A DNA stretch of 63,704 bases, filler included, from Octopus bimaculoides (Eukaryota): NCBI RefSeq assembly GCF_001194135.2. It is 7 parts of 5 records of this genome, joined end to end, with 100 filler letters (N's around TTAATTAATTAA, not from the genome) between each part and the next. Parts side by side here need not be neighbours in the genome. Positions count along the whole stretch, not along the records: positions 55,333 to 63,704 come from NC_069001.1; 6 more parts are not named here. One strand, written 5' to 3'. How positions within the stretch are numbered: the first letter of the stretch is position 1; every line of letters begins with the position of its first letter. The notes beneath the pieces are model-generated. The model saw only the letters and a program-made list of their open reading frames with translations, was not told the DNA's origin and searched no databases. The position numbers and the translations under genes were made by a program. Of the stretch, positions 63,328 to 63,704 are shown piece by piece.

Positions 63328-63704
63328 TGGGAGGAAGAGAGCCTGTCGTATGTCGACCCAATAGAGGGACCAGCTATCCGAGTTGATAGTACCAGGGTAG
63401 ATAAAGCAATTAAGAGTATGAAGACCGGGAAAGCCCCCAGCCCATCAGGAATCACTGCAGAGATGCTCAAAATGTCTGGCAGTGTCGGCTATAGCCTAGT
63501 CACCCGTATTACGAACCAGGTGATACACGAAGGAGTCATACCCAATGACTGGTGTAGCAGCACCATAGTCAACTGCTACAAAGGTAAAGGTGACGCTTTA
63601 GATACAAATAATTACAGAGGCATCAAGCTGTTAGATCAGGTTATGAAAGTTACAGAGAGGGTCATAGCCCAACTAATTAGGGAGCGAATCAATTTAGATG
63701 AGAT
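63328..63704 (+). mobile_element. RTE-clade reverse transcriptase, N-terminal part; frame open to the end of the window
   Basis: WEEESLSYVDPIEGPAIRVDSTRVDKAIKSMKTGKAPSPSGITAEMLK...IPNDWCSSTIVNCYKGKGDALDTNNYRGIKLLDQVMKVTERVIAQLIRERINLDE, with the KAPGxDGI, YKGKGD and NYRGIxLL motifs. No stop from 63328 to the window end. Confidence 0.9.

Overview
AT-rich, gap-ridden animal genomic scaffold with no confidently identifiable host protein-coding gene, rRNA, tRNA gene or CRISPR array. The SINE repertoire and microsatellite load suggest a cephalopod, probably Octopus (inference). The window consists of microsatellites, N-gaps and nested mobile-element remnants: three Penelope-like (PLE) ORF fragments, a decayed R4/Dong-type non-LTR element (RT, CCHC finger, restriction-like endonuclease), several RTE-clade pieces, a Hero/NeSL-like C-terminal fragment, several tRNA-derived SINE families (one piled into head-to-tail clusters) and Tc1/mariner-type MITEs. 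The best finding is a set of type I hammerhead ribozyme folds. At 2883-3000 a 118-nt near-perfect palindrome encodes a complete hammerhead on each strand, with a non-canonical CCGAUGA core. A second well-formed hammerhead lies at 42711-42771 (- strand), a core variant at 27.7 kb, and several decayed copies elsewhere. A hairpin-forming ~85-nt tandem array with apparent compensatory changes sits inside an RTE 3' region (57.8-58.4 kb). Almost all ORFs in the supplied track are microsatellite or N-gap artefacts. Assembly artefacts include TTAATTAATTAA gap linkers, an Illumina adapter remnant and duplicated contig ends.
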